Of a stretch of 34,082 nucleotides of DNA, positions 7,416 to 16,202 are shown piece after piece. A program made the position numbers and the translations under genes. Under the pieces are notes generated by a model. It was not told the origin of the DNA. It saw only the letters and a list, made by a program, of their open reading frames with translations, and ran no database searches. The stretch is from contig JAIPKF010000001.1 of assembly GCA_021733705.1 (NCBI GenBank), forward strand, positions 1 through 34,082. Reading direction: 5' to 3'. Position 1 is the first letter of the stretch, and each line of letters begins with the position of its first letter. The DNA is from Chthoniobacterales bacterium. GTDB lineage: Bacteria > Verrucomicrobiota > Verrucomicrobiia > Chthoniobacterales > UBA6821.

Positions 7416-8591
7416 CTAAGAGTCAACCTTTTTTTTAATAGTTTTTAGTAATGACTCTGGTAGTTCCAAATAATGCCGCACACTTTGTGATAACAAAAAA
7501 GGAGCAATCATTGTTTCGGTAATAGGAACAGGTGAGTTCAAGACACGCTTCGTAGCTGCTGCTAAGGCTGATGGAGTTAGATCAGAGAGCCCTTTTGATA
7601 AAGGGCCTTGAAGAATCTCTGCCGGTCCAAAGGGACAATTTGTACTGATGACTTGTGTCCCACAGGCAAGTGCTTCTACCAGGACATTGGGCAGTCCTTC
7701 ATAATCGGAACTGAGTACTAACGCTTCTGCCGAACGCATGTAGGAGTAAGGGTTTTTTACGAATCCTGCAAAAACAAGACGTTCCTGAATATCAAATTTT
7801 TCTGCGAGCACTTGAACATTTTCTATTTCTTGATCACTTCCCGAGCCCAGTAAAATAAGCTTTCCGAGGTATCCACTTAATTTAAAAGCTTCAAAAAGGC
7901 GATCGTGACGTTTTTGTTTATTAAAACGTCCAACGTGAAGAAGGAATTTCTCATTTTCAAAAGGAGACTTTTCCTGAGCCTTACGACGTACATCATCGAG
8001 GTCGAGTGGATTGTAAATAGTCGTCATGGCTGCGGGTCGAATACCAATAGTGTGCACATCTTCTTGCAAGGCTTGTGAGACGGTGATCAATTTTCTTCCA
8101 GAATAGGTATTTATAAGCTGCTGACGTTTTCTCCAACGCTGGAATCCTTTTTTATTGTCGAGCTGTCCTGCAGTAAGAGCACAATGGAGGCACATCCAGG
8201 CTTCTTTGAGAACATGAGAGGAGGCTACGATACGATCAGTCTTGGGTAGATGTGAAACTACTAGCGATATTTTTTTTTGGGAAAAATAAGTTTCAAGTAT
8301 ACGATCTAAAGAGCGTGAGCGTCGCATGATCTCAGTTTGACGCCAAAAAGGTCCACGATAAGAGTCTTCGACTAAGAGATAATTGACTCCAGCTGGAATC
8401 GGGTAGAGAGACTCGTTTCGCAGTGAAACAAGTGTGACCTCATGACCCTGCTGTGACATCGCTCCAGATAAAGTAAGAACAATGCGTTCTGCACCCCCAC
8501 CCGAGAGACCATCAATAAGAAAGAGAATGTTTTTTTGTTGTTTGGAATCTGTCACGGCCAATTTTACTGCTAATGAACTCGAATATTTCAC
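7416..8591 (-). CDS. Glycosyltransferase family 4 (GT-B, RfaG-like)
   Basis: The N-terminus reads ILFLIDGLSGGGAERIV and the C-terminal half carries an EGLPNVLVEALACG motif. The listed start is a GTG that lies inside a degenerate family B terminal repeat. TTG/GTG alternatives lie 10-12 codons downstream, so the N-terminus is uncertain. Confidence 0.8.
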   Translation of the reverse strand: MKYSSSLAVKLAVTDSKQQKNILFLIDGLSGGGAERIVLTLSGAMSQQGHEVTLVSLRNESLYPIPAGVNYLLVEDSYRGPFWRQTEIMRRSRSLDRILETYFSQKKISLVVSHLPKTDRIVASSHVLKEAWMCLHCALTAGQLDNKKGFQRWRKRQQLINTYSGRKLITVSQALQEDVHTIGIRPAAMTTIYNPLDLDDVRRKAQEKSPFENEKFLLHVGRFNKQKRHDRLFEAFKLSGYLGKLILLGSGSDQEIENVQVLAEKFDIQERLVFAGFVKNPYSYMRSAEALVLSSDYEGLPNVLVEALACGTQVISTNCPFGPAEILQGPLSKGLSDLTPSALAAATKRVLNSPVPITETMIAPFLLSQSVRHYLELPESLLKTIKKKVDS

Positions 8592-8657
8592 ACTATAGAC
8601 AAAGTAATATGATTATAAATCTATTACGGCTTGTGGAAAGCTCATTATTACTGCGTT
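8576..8657 (+). repeat. Family B left-end fragment (with a ~21-bp internal insertion), truncated by the nested A copy
   Basis: ACTCGAATATTTCACACTA-[tagacaaagtaatatgatta]-TAAATCTATTACGGCTTGTGGAAAGCTCATTATTACTGCGT matches the B copies at 14890, 23530 and 34004 up to the point where the A element begins. Confidence 0.7.
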
Positions 8658-8888
8658 AGCCCGCATATTTCATCCCGATCACCTGCGGAAGCCGGGAAGT
8701 CAGATGGATGCTACGTTGATCTCGAAGTCTTCCTTGGGCAGTGTGTATACACACTGCCGTCGTCAAAATACGTGTCTGCGTTGACTCGCTCGCTCCCGCT
8801 CGTCTCCCCCGCGGTCTCCCAACCGCCGGTGGTGCCCCATCAGCCTTCGCGACCTCCTCGTTACGATCAGTATGAAATATCCGGGTTA
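8657..8888 (+). mobile_element. MITE-like element, family A, long variant (~232 bp) nested in or abutting a B fragment
   Basis: It runs TA-GCCCGCATATTTCATCCCGATCACCTGCGGAAGCCGGGAAG...GTATGAAATATCCGGGT-TA. The central palindrome is perfect here (GGCAGTGTGTATACACACTGCC). It carries ~50 extra bp before the right arm. Confidence 0.8.
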
Positions 8889-9970
8889 ACTGGTTTTTTT
8901 ACTAAGGACTCAATTGCTGTAATAACAGCCTCTACTGGAATATGAGTAAGATAGCGCTCGGTTGTTTCAGTCTTAACTTTATCAGGATCAAGTAAAGGAG
9001 CATAATCGCTTGCTTTGAGAAGATGATACCGTGTCATCCAAGGATGCCATTCGTTGATTTTACTTGGACCGAAAAGAGCCAGCACATCCTTTTCTAATGC
9101 TGCTGCCATATGCATCGGCACAGAATCGACTCCAATAAAAAGAGTAGCTCCCTCGATTGCTGCAGCAAGTTGGCCCAGTGTCAATTGACCGGCAAGAGAG
9201 TGAAGACGTGGAGAATGAACTTTTTGAAGAATAGTGGCAACCATTGTTTTCTCTTCCATGGAGGGGCCAGAAGTTACAAGAATGGTCCAGCCTTGGTTCG
9301 TAAAATAGTGCATAACTGATGCAAAGCTCTCTTCCTCCCAGCACTTAAAAAACCATCGTGCTGTTGGGTGAATGAGAAGATAAGAAGTAGTGACATGGAG
9401 TTGTTCAAGCTTCTTTTTGATAAAAAAACGGTCTTCTTCACTCACCACTAAGCGACATCGAAGGGAGGATTCCGTTCCGTTATAGGGATAGAGAGGGAGG
9501 GCATCCTCTGGTATAATTTTTTGGAGGGTGGCTAAATTCTGTTCAACCGTATGGTGTGTATTACTAGGAAAGAGGGGTGCTAATTCTGAAAAACAGGAAC
9601 GCCACAATAGATTACGGCGCTTAGGATAATCGATTCCAATAGATCGCCGTGGTGCAAGAAACTTTGCTAGAAGTGCTCCTTGCATCTGGTCGGAGAGATG
9701 AATCACGAGATCATAATTCCGACTTCTAAGATTGGAAAAAAGCTGAAGGATCTTCAAAAAATAATTTGATCCACGAGCTGTTCGATGCCATATCCAAACA
9801 TCCCGTACATCAGGATTATTTTTTAGTATTTCCTCTGTTCCTTCATAGACGAGAAAGTCGATCTGGCATTTTGGAAAAAAGGTCTTGAGTGTTCTGGCTA
9901 CGGGTGTTGTGAGAAGCACGTCACCATGGTGGCGAAGCTTAATGAGCAGAACAGAAGAGGGTTGAAACAT
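8867..9970 (-). CDS. ADP-heptose:LPS heptosyltransferase (GT9, RfaF/RfaC family)
   Basis: The N-terminus LLIKLRHHGDVLLTTPVARTLK and the C-terminal motif GVDSVPMHMAAAL are GT9 hallmarks. The last codons (..VNPDISY-stop) are encoded by the right terminal repeat of the A element at 8657-8888. Confidence 0.85.
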   Translation of the reverse strand: MFQPSSVLLIKLRHHGDVLLTTPVARTLKTFFPKCQIDFLVYEGTEEILKNNPDVRDVWIWHRTARGSNYFLKILQLFSNLRSRNYDLVIHLSDQMQGALLAKFLAPRRSIGIDYPKRRNLLWRSCFSELAPLFPSNTHHTVEQNLATLQKIIPEDALPLYPYNGTESSLRCRLVVSEEDRFFIKKKLEQLHVTTSYLLIHPTARWFFKCWEEESFASVMHYFTNQGWTILVTSGPSMEEKTMVATILQKVHSPRLHSLAGQLTLGQLAAAIEGATLFIGVDSVPMHMAAALEKDVLALFGPSKINEWHPWMTRYHLLKASDYAPLLDPDKVKTETTERYLTHIPVEAVITAIESLVKKPVNPDISY

Positions 9971-10891
9971 TTAAAAAGTACTTACTTTTTTAAATACCTT
10001 CCACCTTTCTTCAATCTCCTTCTGTTCTACAGAACGTAGACGATCTGTACCAAATGATTCGACTGTAAAGCTTGCCATGATACTTCCATATACAACGGCT
10101 TGTTGTAATATTTCAAAGTTAATAGGTTCCTTGGAGTTGCTATCACTAAAACGGCTTGCTAAATAACCAGCCATCCCCCCTGCAAAAGCATCTCCTGCCC
10201 CCGTGGGATCCTGAATATTTTCTAGAGGATAAGCAGGACAGCTGAAAAACTGATCTGGGCCAAAAAGATAACAGCCGTGCTCTCCTTTTTTTATAGCAAC
10301 ATAGGTGGGTCCCATTTTACGAAGAAGAGCGCCTGCTTGAATCAGGTTGTTTTGACCAGTGAGTTCACGGGCTTCGCTATCGTTGAGAGAAAGCAGGTCA
10401 ATACGAGTAAGAAGCTTTAGTAAATCCGCACGAGCAATATTAATCCAGAGGTTCATGGTATCGGCAATAACAAATCTTGGAGATTGAAGCTGATCGAGAA
10501 CATGTAATTGTAAATCAGGGCCAATATTAGCTAATAGTATGAAGGGAAGCGTAGAATAAGCCTCAGGGAGGGTTGGAGTGAAATCGGCAAACACATTCAA
10601 ATCGGTAGAATGCGTTTTGCGATTGTTCATATTGTCGAAATATTCCCCAGACCATCGGAATGTTTTCCCAGGAACTCTTTGTAGACCAGAAAGGTCAATG
10701 TTGCGTCGCTGAAAATCCTCGATATATTCCGAAGGAAAATCATCTCCAACAATGGCAACAAGGCTTGGGTTTGTAAAAAACGAAGCACTGATGGATGCAT
10801 AAGAGGCAGTCCCACCAAAGAGCTCTTTACGCTCCTCCAGTGGTGTTTTAACAGTATCAAGAGCAATAGAACCGAGAACGAGTAAAGACAT
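9971..10891 (-). CDS. PfkB-family carbohydrate kinase
   Basis: The ribokinase-fold signatures are present: an N-terminal GSIALD and a C-terminal DPTGAGDAFAGG. Its stop abuts the heptosyltransferase start (9970/9971), suggesting co-transcription. Confidence 0.75.
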   Translation of the reverse strand: MSLLVLGSIALDTVKTPLEERKELFGGTASYASISASFFTNPSLVAIVGDDFPSEYIEDFQRRNIDLSGLQRVPGKTFRWSGEYFDNMNNRKTHSTDLNVFADFTPTLPEAYSTLPFILLANIGPDLQLHVLDQLQSPRFVIADTMNLWINIARADLLKLLTRIDLLSLNDSEARELTGQNNLIQAGALLRKMGPTYVAIKKGEHGCYLFGPDQFFSCPAYPLENIQDPTGAGDAFAGGMAGYLASRFSDSNSKEPINFEILQQAVVYGSIMASFTVESFGTDRLRSVEQKEIEERWKVFKKVSTF

Positions 10892-10934
10892 AGTTAGTAG
10901 GATAATGAAGAATGAGTGATGGGTAAAGAGTCAA

Positions 10935-11714
10935 TTATTCGTTCTTTGTGCTTTCTTCAAAACTCCTACTGTAGCGTACAAAGACAGAGAATGTCGTTGC
11001 TACTGCGATCCACAAGCCAGGAAAGCCATCAAGGAAGCCACATCGCAAAACATAGGCACGAAAAAAACGCCAGAGTGGTCGTGAAATAGTTGCTGCAAGC
11101 GACCAATTTTTTTTCTGCTGTTTTTGGAAAAACTCCTCAGCAAAAGGATGGATCTTCTCAATATAGGATTCCATGGAAGGAAAGGAATAGTGAAGTAAAT
11201 CACCCCGAAGATGGGTTGTGGGTCCTGAGAGGAGAACTGTTTCATGAATGGGTTCAACCCAAGTGCCATCCGTTCGACGAAAAAGACGCAGTTTTGTATC
11301 TGGATACCAATCTCCATGCCTGATCCAGCGGCCTAAAAACCATGTGCATCGATGGAAGGTTGCTCCATGAAAATGATCGCAATCTCCCTGTTCAAAAAAT
11401 TGGATCAGACTTTTTTTTAATTTAGGAGAAAGTTCCTCATCACAATCAAGCGCTAAGACCCATTGTTGAGTACAAAAAGCAAGTGCACAATTTTTTTGAT
11501 CTCGATAACCAAGCCACTTTTGATGATAGGTTTTTGCTCCAAATTCTTTAGCAATGGAGAGTGTTGCATCATTCGATCCTGAATCGACCAGAATAATCTC
11601 TTGGGCGATATCCTCAATACTTCTCAAACAACGTCGCAGGTTTTTTTCCTCGTTGTAGGAGATAAGAGCAATCGAGAGGGGAAGTGGCATTGTGATATCT
11701 GAGCTCAGTAGCAA
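10935..11714 (-). CDS. Glycosyltransferase family 2 (LPS-core type)
   Basis: The GT-A motifs are SIALISYNEEKNLRRCLRSI, ILVDSGSNDAT and LDCDE (DxD-like). An alternative ATG start is at 11690. Confidence 0.8.
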   Translation of the reverse strand: MLLSSDITMPLPLSIALISYNEEKNLRRCLRSIEDIAQEIILVDSGSNDATLSIAKEFGAKTYHQKWLGYRDQKNCALAFCTQQWVLALDCDEELSPKLKKSLIQFFEQGDCDHFHGATFHRCTWFLGRWIRHGDWYPDTKLRLFRRTDGTWVEPIHETVLLSGPTTHLRGDLLHYSFPSMESYIEKIHPFAEEFFQKQQKKNWSLAATISRPLWRFFRAYVLRCGFLDGFPGLWIAVATTFSVFVRYSRSFEESTKNE

Positions 11715-11732
11715 GCATGCTCATTCTTAACA

Positions 11733-12695
11733 CTATAATCGATCACGTTCGACAAGTGCGCTGCTTGCTTTTTCTAGTTCTTTTTTTTCTGTGGTAGTGA
11801 GGCTTTCCATACCTGTTTGGCTAATTTTTTCAAGGAGAGCATCGATATTGATTATTGGTTGAGGAGAGGGTGTTGGTATTTTTTTAGGAGTTTTTTGGTT
11901 TGTAAAAACAGGAACAAAAGAGGTGGTTGTAGAGAAAGCTTCTACTAGAGTGCGGTTTGAAGAAAGAGACTCTCCTGTTTTAGAGAGAGGGGGGGAGATT
12001 TTTTCAGCTTTGCGATTAAAAGAGCAGCTTCGAGAAATACGAGAGAAAAAGGAGGCTGTATTCCAAGGAAGCAAATCACAATATCCTTGAGCCATCATAA
12101 AAATAATGGCTGCTATCGATTCTGATAAAAAAATGATGAGTGATGTAAATTGATGTGCTTCCAAAAATTGGAGTGTTGAAAACGCAATAAAAACTGCCAA
12201 AAGCCAGCGTGCTGCTATACCGAACAAAAATGGCAGTCCTGGATATAATGCAACAAAAGCAGCAAATATGGCAAAATGAACAGATTGAGCTCCACTCATC
12301 CTCTCTGGTATTCCAAGAAGACTCCATAGCTGTAGCAAGCTGGAACCAAGAAGAATGAGTCCCATGTAAAGCAATGCAAACTTATGGGGGCCGACTATTT
12401 TTTCAACTTCACGGCCGAAGTAATAAAGCATCAGCATTTCTAATGCAAACCAAAGACTTGGGGGGTTTACAAATGCATAGGTAAAGAGACGTAACACTTG
12501 TCCCTGCCAAACCCCAGTACTGCTGTAGCAGAGAGCGTTGACCCAGGAAGCATGACCAAGGCTCATGAAGGTTGCAGTAAGCACCATGAAGAGCGCTTGG
12601 ATACTTATAAGTAGTGTCACCATGTCCAGCCTCCAGCGACCTATCGAAAAAGGCGAGAGATGGTGAAGAGAATAAGGGGATCGTTGGTGAGACAT
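11733..12695 (-). CDS. Polytopic membrane protein, rhomboid-family-like (divergent), with a soluble Ser/Thr/Pro-rich C-terminal tail
   Basis: It has about 6 TM helices. RLFTYAFVN...FALEMLMLYYFGREVEKIVG resembles the rhomboid TM2 region. The usual GxSG serine motif is not clean (SGAQSVH), so catalytic status is unclear. Confidence 0.45.
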   Translation of the reverse strand: MSHQRSPYSLHHLSPFSIGRWRLDMVTLLISIQALFMVLTATFMSLGHASWVNALCYSSTGVWQGQVLRLFTYAFVNPPSLWFALEMLMLYYFGREVEKIVGPHKFALLYMGLILLGSSLLQLWSLLGIPERMSGAQSVHFAIFAAFVALYPGLPFLFGIAARWLLAVFIAFSTLQFLEAHQFTSLIIFLSESIAAIIFMMAQGYCDLLPWNTASFFSRISRSCSFNRKAEKISPPLSKTGESLSSNRTLVEAFSTTTSFVPVFTNQKTPKKIPTPSPQPIINIDALLEKISQTGMESLTTTEKKELEKASSALVERDRL

Positions 12696-12818
12696 GGTAC
12701 TTATAGTGATTCAAACACGAAAAGATATTATATTTTAAAAGTCTATAGTAATAATGCAAGTGGCTTCGGTTGATTTTTTTAGATATTTTAATTTTTTATC
12801 CCAAGTAAATAGAGCTGT

Positions 12819-13000
12819 TAACCCGGATATTTCATACCAATCACCTACGGAAGCCGCGAAGCCAGATGGATGCTGCGTTGATCTCGAAGTCTTCCTCGGG
12901 CAGTATGTACTCATACAGCCGTTGTCTGACTTCATCGCTCGCCTTACCCCATCAGGATTCGCGGCCTCCTCGTCACGATCAGTATGAAATATCCGGGTTA
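12819..13000 (+). mobile_element. MITE-like element, family A, clean 180-bp archetype
   Basis: It runs TA-ACCCGGATATTTCATACCAATCACCTACGGAAGCCGCGAAGCCAGATGGATGCTGCG...CGTCACGATCAGTATGAAATATCCGGGT-TA. It sits in the divergent spacer between the rhomboid-like gene and adk. Confidence 0.85.
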
Positions 13001-13120
13001 ATAACAGACGAGAAGATCACTTGGGGAAACCACTCCAAAAACCAAACTTTTTGGTGTTCTTAACGGTTATTTGTGACTACACTCACGCCTTGTTTTAGCA
13101 AAATTTTTCCTCTTTTTTTA

Positions 13121-13705
13121 ATGACACGTTTTAAGACTCTACTTATTTTTGGCGCTCCAGGTAGTGGCAAGGGAACACAAGGTCGGACACTAGGTACCAT
13201 CCCTGGATTTTACCATTGCGCTTGCGGAGATGTGTTTCGAGGTCTGGATGTGCAAAGTAAATTAGGACGTGAATTTTTAAAATATTCAAGTAAAGGAAAA
13301 TTGGTTCCTGATGAAATGACGGTAAAACTGTGGGCTCAATGGATTGAAACCGTGGTTGAAGCAGGACAGTTTAAACCCAATCGCGATTTTCTAGTACTCG
13401 ATGGAATTCCTAGAAATGTCGAGCAAGCAAAACTCATGAAAGATTTCATTGATGTTCAACATATCTTTCATCTTTCGTGTCCAGATCGTGACAAATTGGT
13501 GACTCGTCTTAAGAACCGTGCACTCAAAGAAAATCGTCTTGATGATGCTAACGAAGAAATTATTAGAAATCGATTGTCTGTTTATGAAGAAGAGTCAAAG
13601 CCGATGCTTGACTACTATAAAAAATTGTCACGCTTTGACATCGATGCCTCTCTCTCTCCTGTTGAAGTCCTTTACCGCATTCTTGGTGGTGTTTTGAATT
13701 CATAA
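13121..13705 (+). CDS. adk: Adenylate kinase family (short form)
   Basis: It has the P-loop LLIFGAPGSGKGTQ and an NMP-binding region (GDVFR, LVPD). The ORF track starts at GTG 13073, but ATG 13121 (MTRFKTLLIFGAPGSGKG) fits family N-termini. Confidence 0.8.
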   Translation: MTRFKTLLIFGAPGSGKGTQGRTLGTIPGFYHCACGDVFRGLDVQSKLGREFLKYSSKGKLVPDEMTVKLWAQWIETVVEAGQFKPNRDFLVLDGIPRNVEQAKLMKDFIDVQHIFHLSCPDRDKLVTRLKNRALKENRLDDANEEIIRNRLSVYEEESKPMLDYYKKLSRFDIDASLSPVEVLYRILGGVLNS

Positions 13706-13712
13706 AGGTGCT

Positions 13713-13925
13713 ATGAACCAGTTCGAAAACCTTCGAGCCTCCTCTCTCTATTGTCAGCGTTGTGCTAAAGCAATGTCGGTGAGAGAACGCCTCCTTCTTG
13801 TTCTTCCTGAAAAAGAAATTTATGATTATCTCTGCACAGGATGTTCCTCTTCCCTGGGGCAACGTGAAGTTTCCCTAGGTGATTTAAGAATGGCGCGTAT
13901 GGCCCCAATGCGAAGATCGGGCTAG
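13713..13925 (+). CDS. Small hypothetical protein with two CxxC pairs (zinc-ribbon-like)
   Basis: This 70-aa ORF contains CQRC...CTGC. It fills the adk-fmt gap on the same strand and starts 8 nt after the adk stop. No family was recognised. Confidence 0.45.
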   Translation: MNQFENLRASSLYCQRCAKAMSVRERLLLVLPEKEIYDYLCTGCSSSLGQREVSLGDLRMARMAPMRRSG

Positions 13926-13957
13926 CCTTGAAGATGAGAAACTGCACCTGAACCCTC

Positions 13958-14911
13958 ATGCGTATTCTTTTTGCTGGTACGAGTAGTATTGGAGAACAAG
14001 CACTGAGAGCTGTCGCTCTTAACTACGAATTGATCGGTTTATTAACGCAACCTGATAGGTTAGTAGGACGTCATCAAGAGTTAAAACCCCCAGCACTCAA
14101 AGAATCTTTTTTAAAGCTCGCCCCAGGATTACCAATTCTTCAGCCAGAAAACCTACGTAGTGTTGAGGTCATCAATTCCCTTAAAGCATTAAATCCCGAT
14201 GTGATTGTGACCATGTCGTATGGTAAAATTCTCCCACCTGAGATTCTTACAATACCTCCACTTGGCTGCTTGAATATTCATGCTTCCCTCTTACCACGAC
14301 ATCGTGGAGCCTCTCCAATTCAAGCAGCAATTATTGCAGGAGATACTCAAAGTGGGATCACCATCATGTATATGGGGGAAGGATTAGATAACGGGGATAT
14401 TTTATTAACAAAAAAAATTCCAATAGCACCCCGTGATACTTCAGGAACGTTGCATGATCGCCTTGCAGAGCTCTCACCAACAGCTCTTTTAGAAGCATTA
14501 GATCTATTGCAGAAAGGGATTGCTCCTCGTATTCCTCAACTCGAAAAAGAGGTGACTATCACGCGTCGTATTCAATATTCCGATGCAACTCTCGATTGGG
14601 CCTGCTCTGCTGTTGCAGTGGAGCGCCTCATACGTGCTATGAATCCTAAACCAGGAGCTCACGGAATAATCACTCTTCCTTCAGGAAAAAAAAGTGAGCT
14701 CAAAATCTTTTCTGCCTATGCTCGACCATCCTTACAAAAAAAAAGAGATCTGCAACTAGGTTCCTTTTTTCTTTCAGAGGCAAAGGAGCTGCTTCTCTGT
14801 TGTAAAGAGGGGGCTCTTTTATTAGAGGAAGTTCAACCCATCAGCCGCTCTCGGATGAGTTTCTCAGAATTTGCACGAGGGCATGGTATTAACCCGAATA
14901 TTTCACACTAA
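13958..14911 (+). CDS. fmt: Methionyl-tRNA formyltransferase
   Basis: The motifs are MRILFAGT, NIHASLLPRHRGASPIQAAI and the C-terminal beta-barrel domain. The final codons (..INPNISH-stop) are encoded by the left end of the family B element at 14890. Confidence 0.9.
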   Translation: MRILFAGTSSIGEQALRAVALNYELIGLLTQPDRLVGRHQELKPPALKESFLKLAPGLPILQPENLRSVEVINSLKALNPDVIVTMSYGKILPPEILTIPPLGCLNIHASLLPRHRGASPIQAAIIAGDTQSGITIMYMGEGLDNGDILLTKKIPIAPRDTSGTLHDRLAELSPTALLEALDLLQKGIAPRIPQLEKEVTITRRIQYSDATLDWACSAVAVERLIRAMNPKPGAHGIITLPSGKKSELKIFSAYARPSLQKKRDLQLGSFFLSEAKELLLCCKEGALLLEEVQPISRSRMSFSEFARGHGINPNISH

Positions 14912-15073
14912 ATCTATTACGGCTTGTGGAAAGCTCATCATTACTGCGTTGGTCTCGAATTGTGACTTGGGCGGTATGAAACATACAGCCCGGCATCACA
15001 ATCCTTCGCCCGCATTGTACTCATAAGCTTTGCACAGCGCCTCATGATGATTCAGTATGAAAGATTCGGGCTG
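14890..15073 (+). mobile_element. MITE-like element, family B
   Basis: It runs TA-ACCCGAATATTTCACACTAAATCTATTACGGCTTGTGGAAAGCTCATCATTACTGCGTTGGTCTCGAATTGTGA...CATCACAATCCTTCGCCCGC...GATTCAGTATGAAAGATTCGGGCT. The right repeat is degenerate. Confidence 0.8.
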
Positions 15074-15154
15074 GAGCGTCTACAGAGTGCAGAAAAATAT
15101 CAAAACAGTCTCTTCAGCGTTGATCCTTGAAGCATTTTGAACCACGATACCCTC

Positions 15155-16126
15155 ATGGATTATCTCGAACGAGCTCGTCGTGTTCTTACAATCGAATCAG
15201 AGGAGGTCTCCCTCCTTGCAAAACGACTTGATCACAATTTTGAAAAAGCAATTAGCTTGCTACTAAAAACAATCACATCTCGTGGAAAGATTATTGTCCT
15301 TGGTGTTGGTAAATCGGGGCATATTGGAGAAAAAATGGCAGCTACAATGACGAGTACTGGAGCCCCTGCTGTGGTTCTCAATTCTTTAAATGCGCTGCAT
15401 GGCGATCTAGGGGTCGTCTGTGATGGGGATCTTTTTATACTGCTAAGTTATAGCGGTGAAACGGAGGAATTACTCAATCTTCTTCCATCGCTCGCTCACT
15501 TTGATGCGCGTCGTATTGCTATGACCGGGAATCTTGATTCTACCCTAGCAAAATCGAGTGATGTTGTTCTGGATGTTTCCGTTTCTCAAGAGGCATGCCC
15601 TCATAATTTAGCTCCTACCTCCAGTACAGCCGTGATGATGGCATTGGGAGATGCCTTAGCCATGGTGCTTTTAGAAGCACGTGGATTTACGCGTGAAAAT
15701 TTTGCTCGCTTTCATCCTGCAGGCCATTTGGGAAACTCTATCTTATTGCGTGTTCGTACTATGATGCGTCCCCTCTCGGAGGTGGTTGTCATGAAACCAG
15801 AGACCTCCGTTTCTGCTGTTTTAGAAGAACTCACGGCGAAGCATCTCGGGGCTGCTATTATTATTCATTCAGATGGGACACTAGCAGGTATTTTTACCCA
15901 TGGAGATTTTGTGCGGCATTACACTTCTGGAAAAGATCTAACTAAATGTTCCGTAGGCGCAGTGATGACGTGCTCCCCTATTACCATTGACCAAGATAAA
16001 CTCGCTGCTGATGTATTGGCTATCTTAGAGCATCATCGTATTGAAGATCTCATTGTCGTGGATACTGCTCAAAAAGTCGTTGGGCTTATCGATTCACAAG
16101 ATCTTTTTAAGTGGAGAGTTTTGTAA
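15155..16126 (+). CDS. kpsF: Arabinose-5-phosphate isomerase (KpsF/GutQ; SIS domain plus two CBS domains)
   Basis: The SIS motif is GKIIVLGVGKSGHIGEKMAATMTSTG. It also has LSYSGET and a tandem CBS C-terminus. The ORF is open from TTG 15137, but ATG 15155 is preferred. Confidence 0.85.
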   Translation: MDYLERARRVLTIESEEVSLLAKRLDHNFEKAISLLLKTITSRGKIIVLGVGKSGHIGEKMAATMTSTGAPAVVLNSLNALHGDLGVVCDGDLFILLSYSGETEELLNLLPSLAHFDARRIAMTGNLDSTLAKSSDVVLDVSVSQEACPHNLAPTSSTAVMMALGDALAMVLLEARGFTRENFARFHPAGHLGNSILLRVRTMMRPLSEVVVMKPETSVSAVLEELTAKHLGAAIIIHSDGTLAGIFTHGDFVRHYTSGKDLTKCSVGAVMTCSPITIDQDKLAADVLAILEHHRIEDLIVVDTAQKVVGLIDSQDLFKWRVL

Positions 16127-16202
16127 AGCCTGTTTTTTTTATTTCCTCACAGAAGGGGTGGCACTATCCTCGCTTTTTTGAAATCAACTTTTTAATTTTC
16201 TT

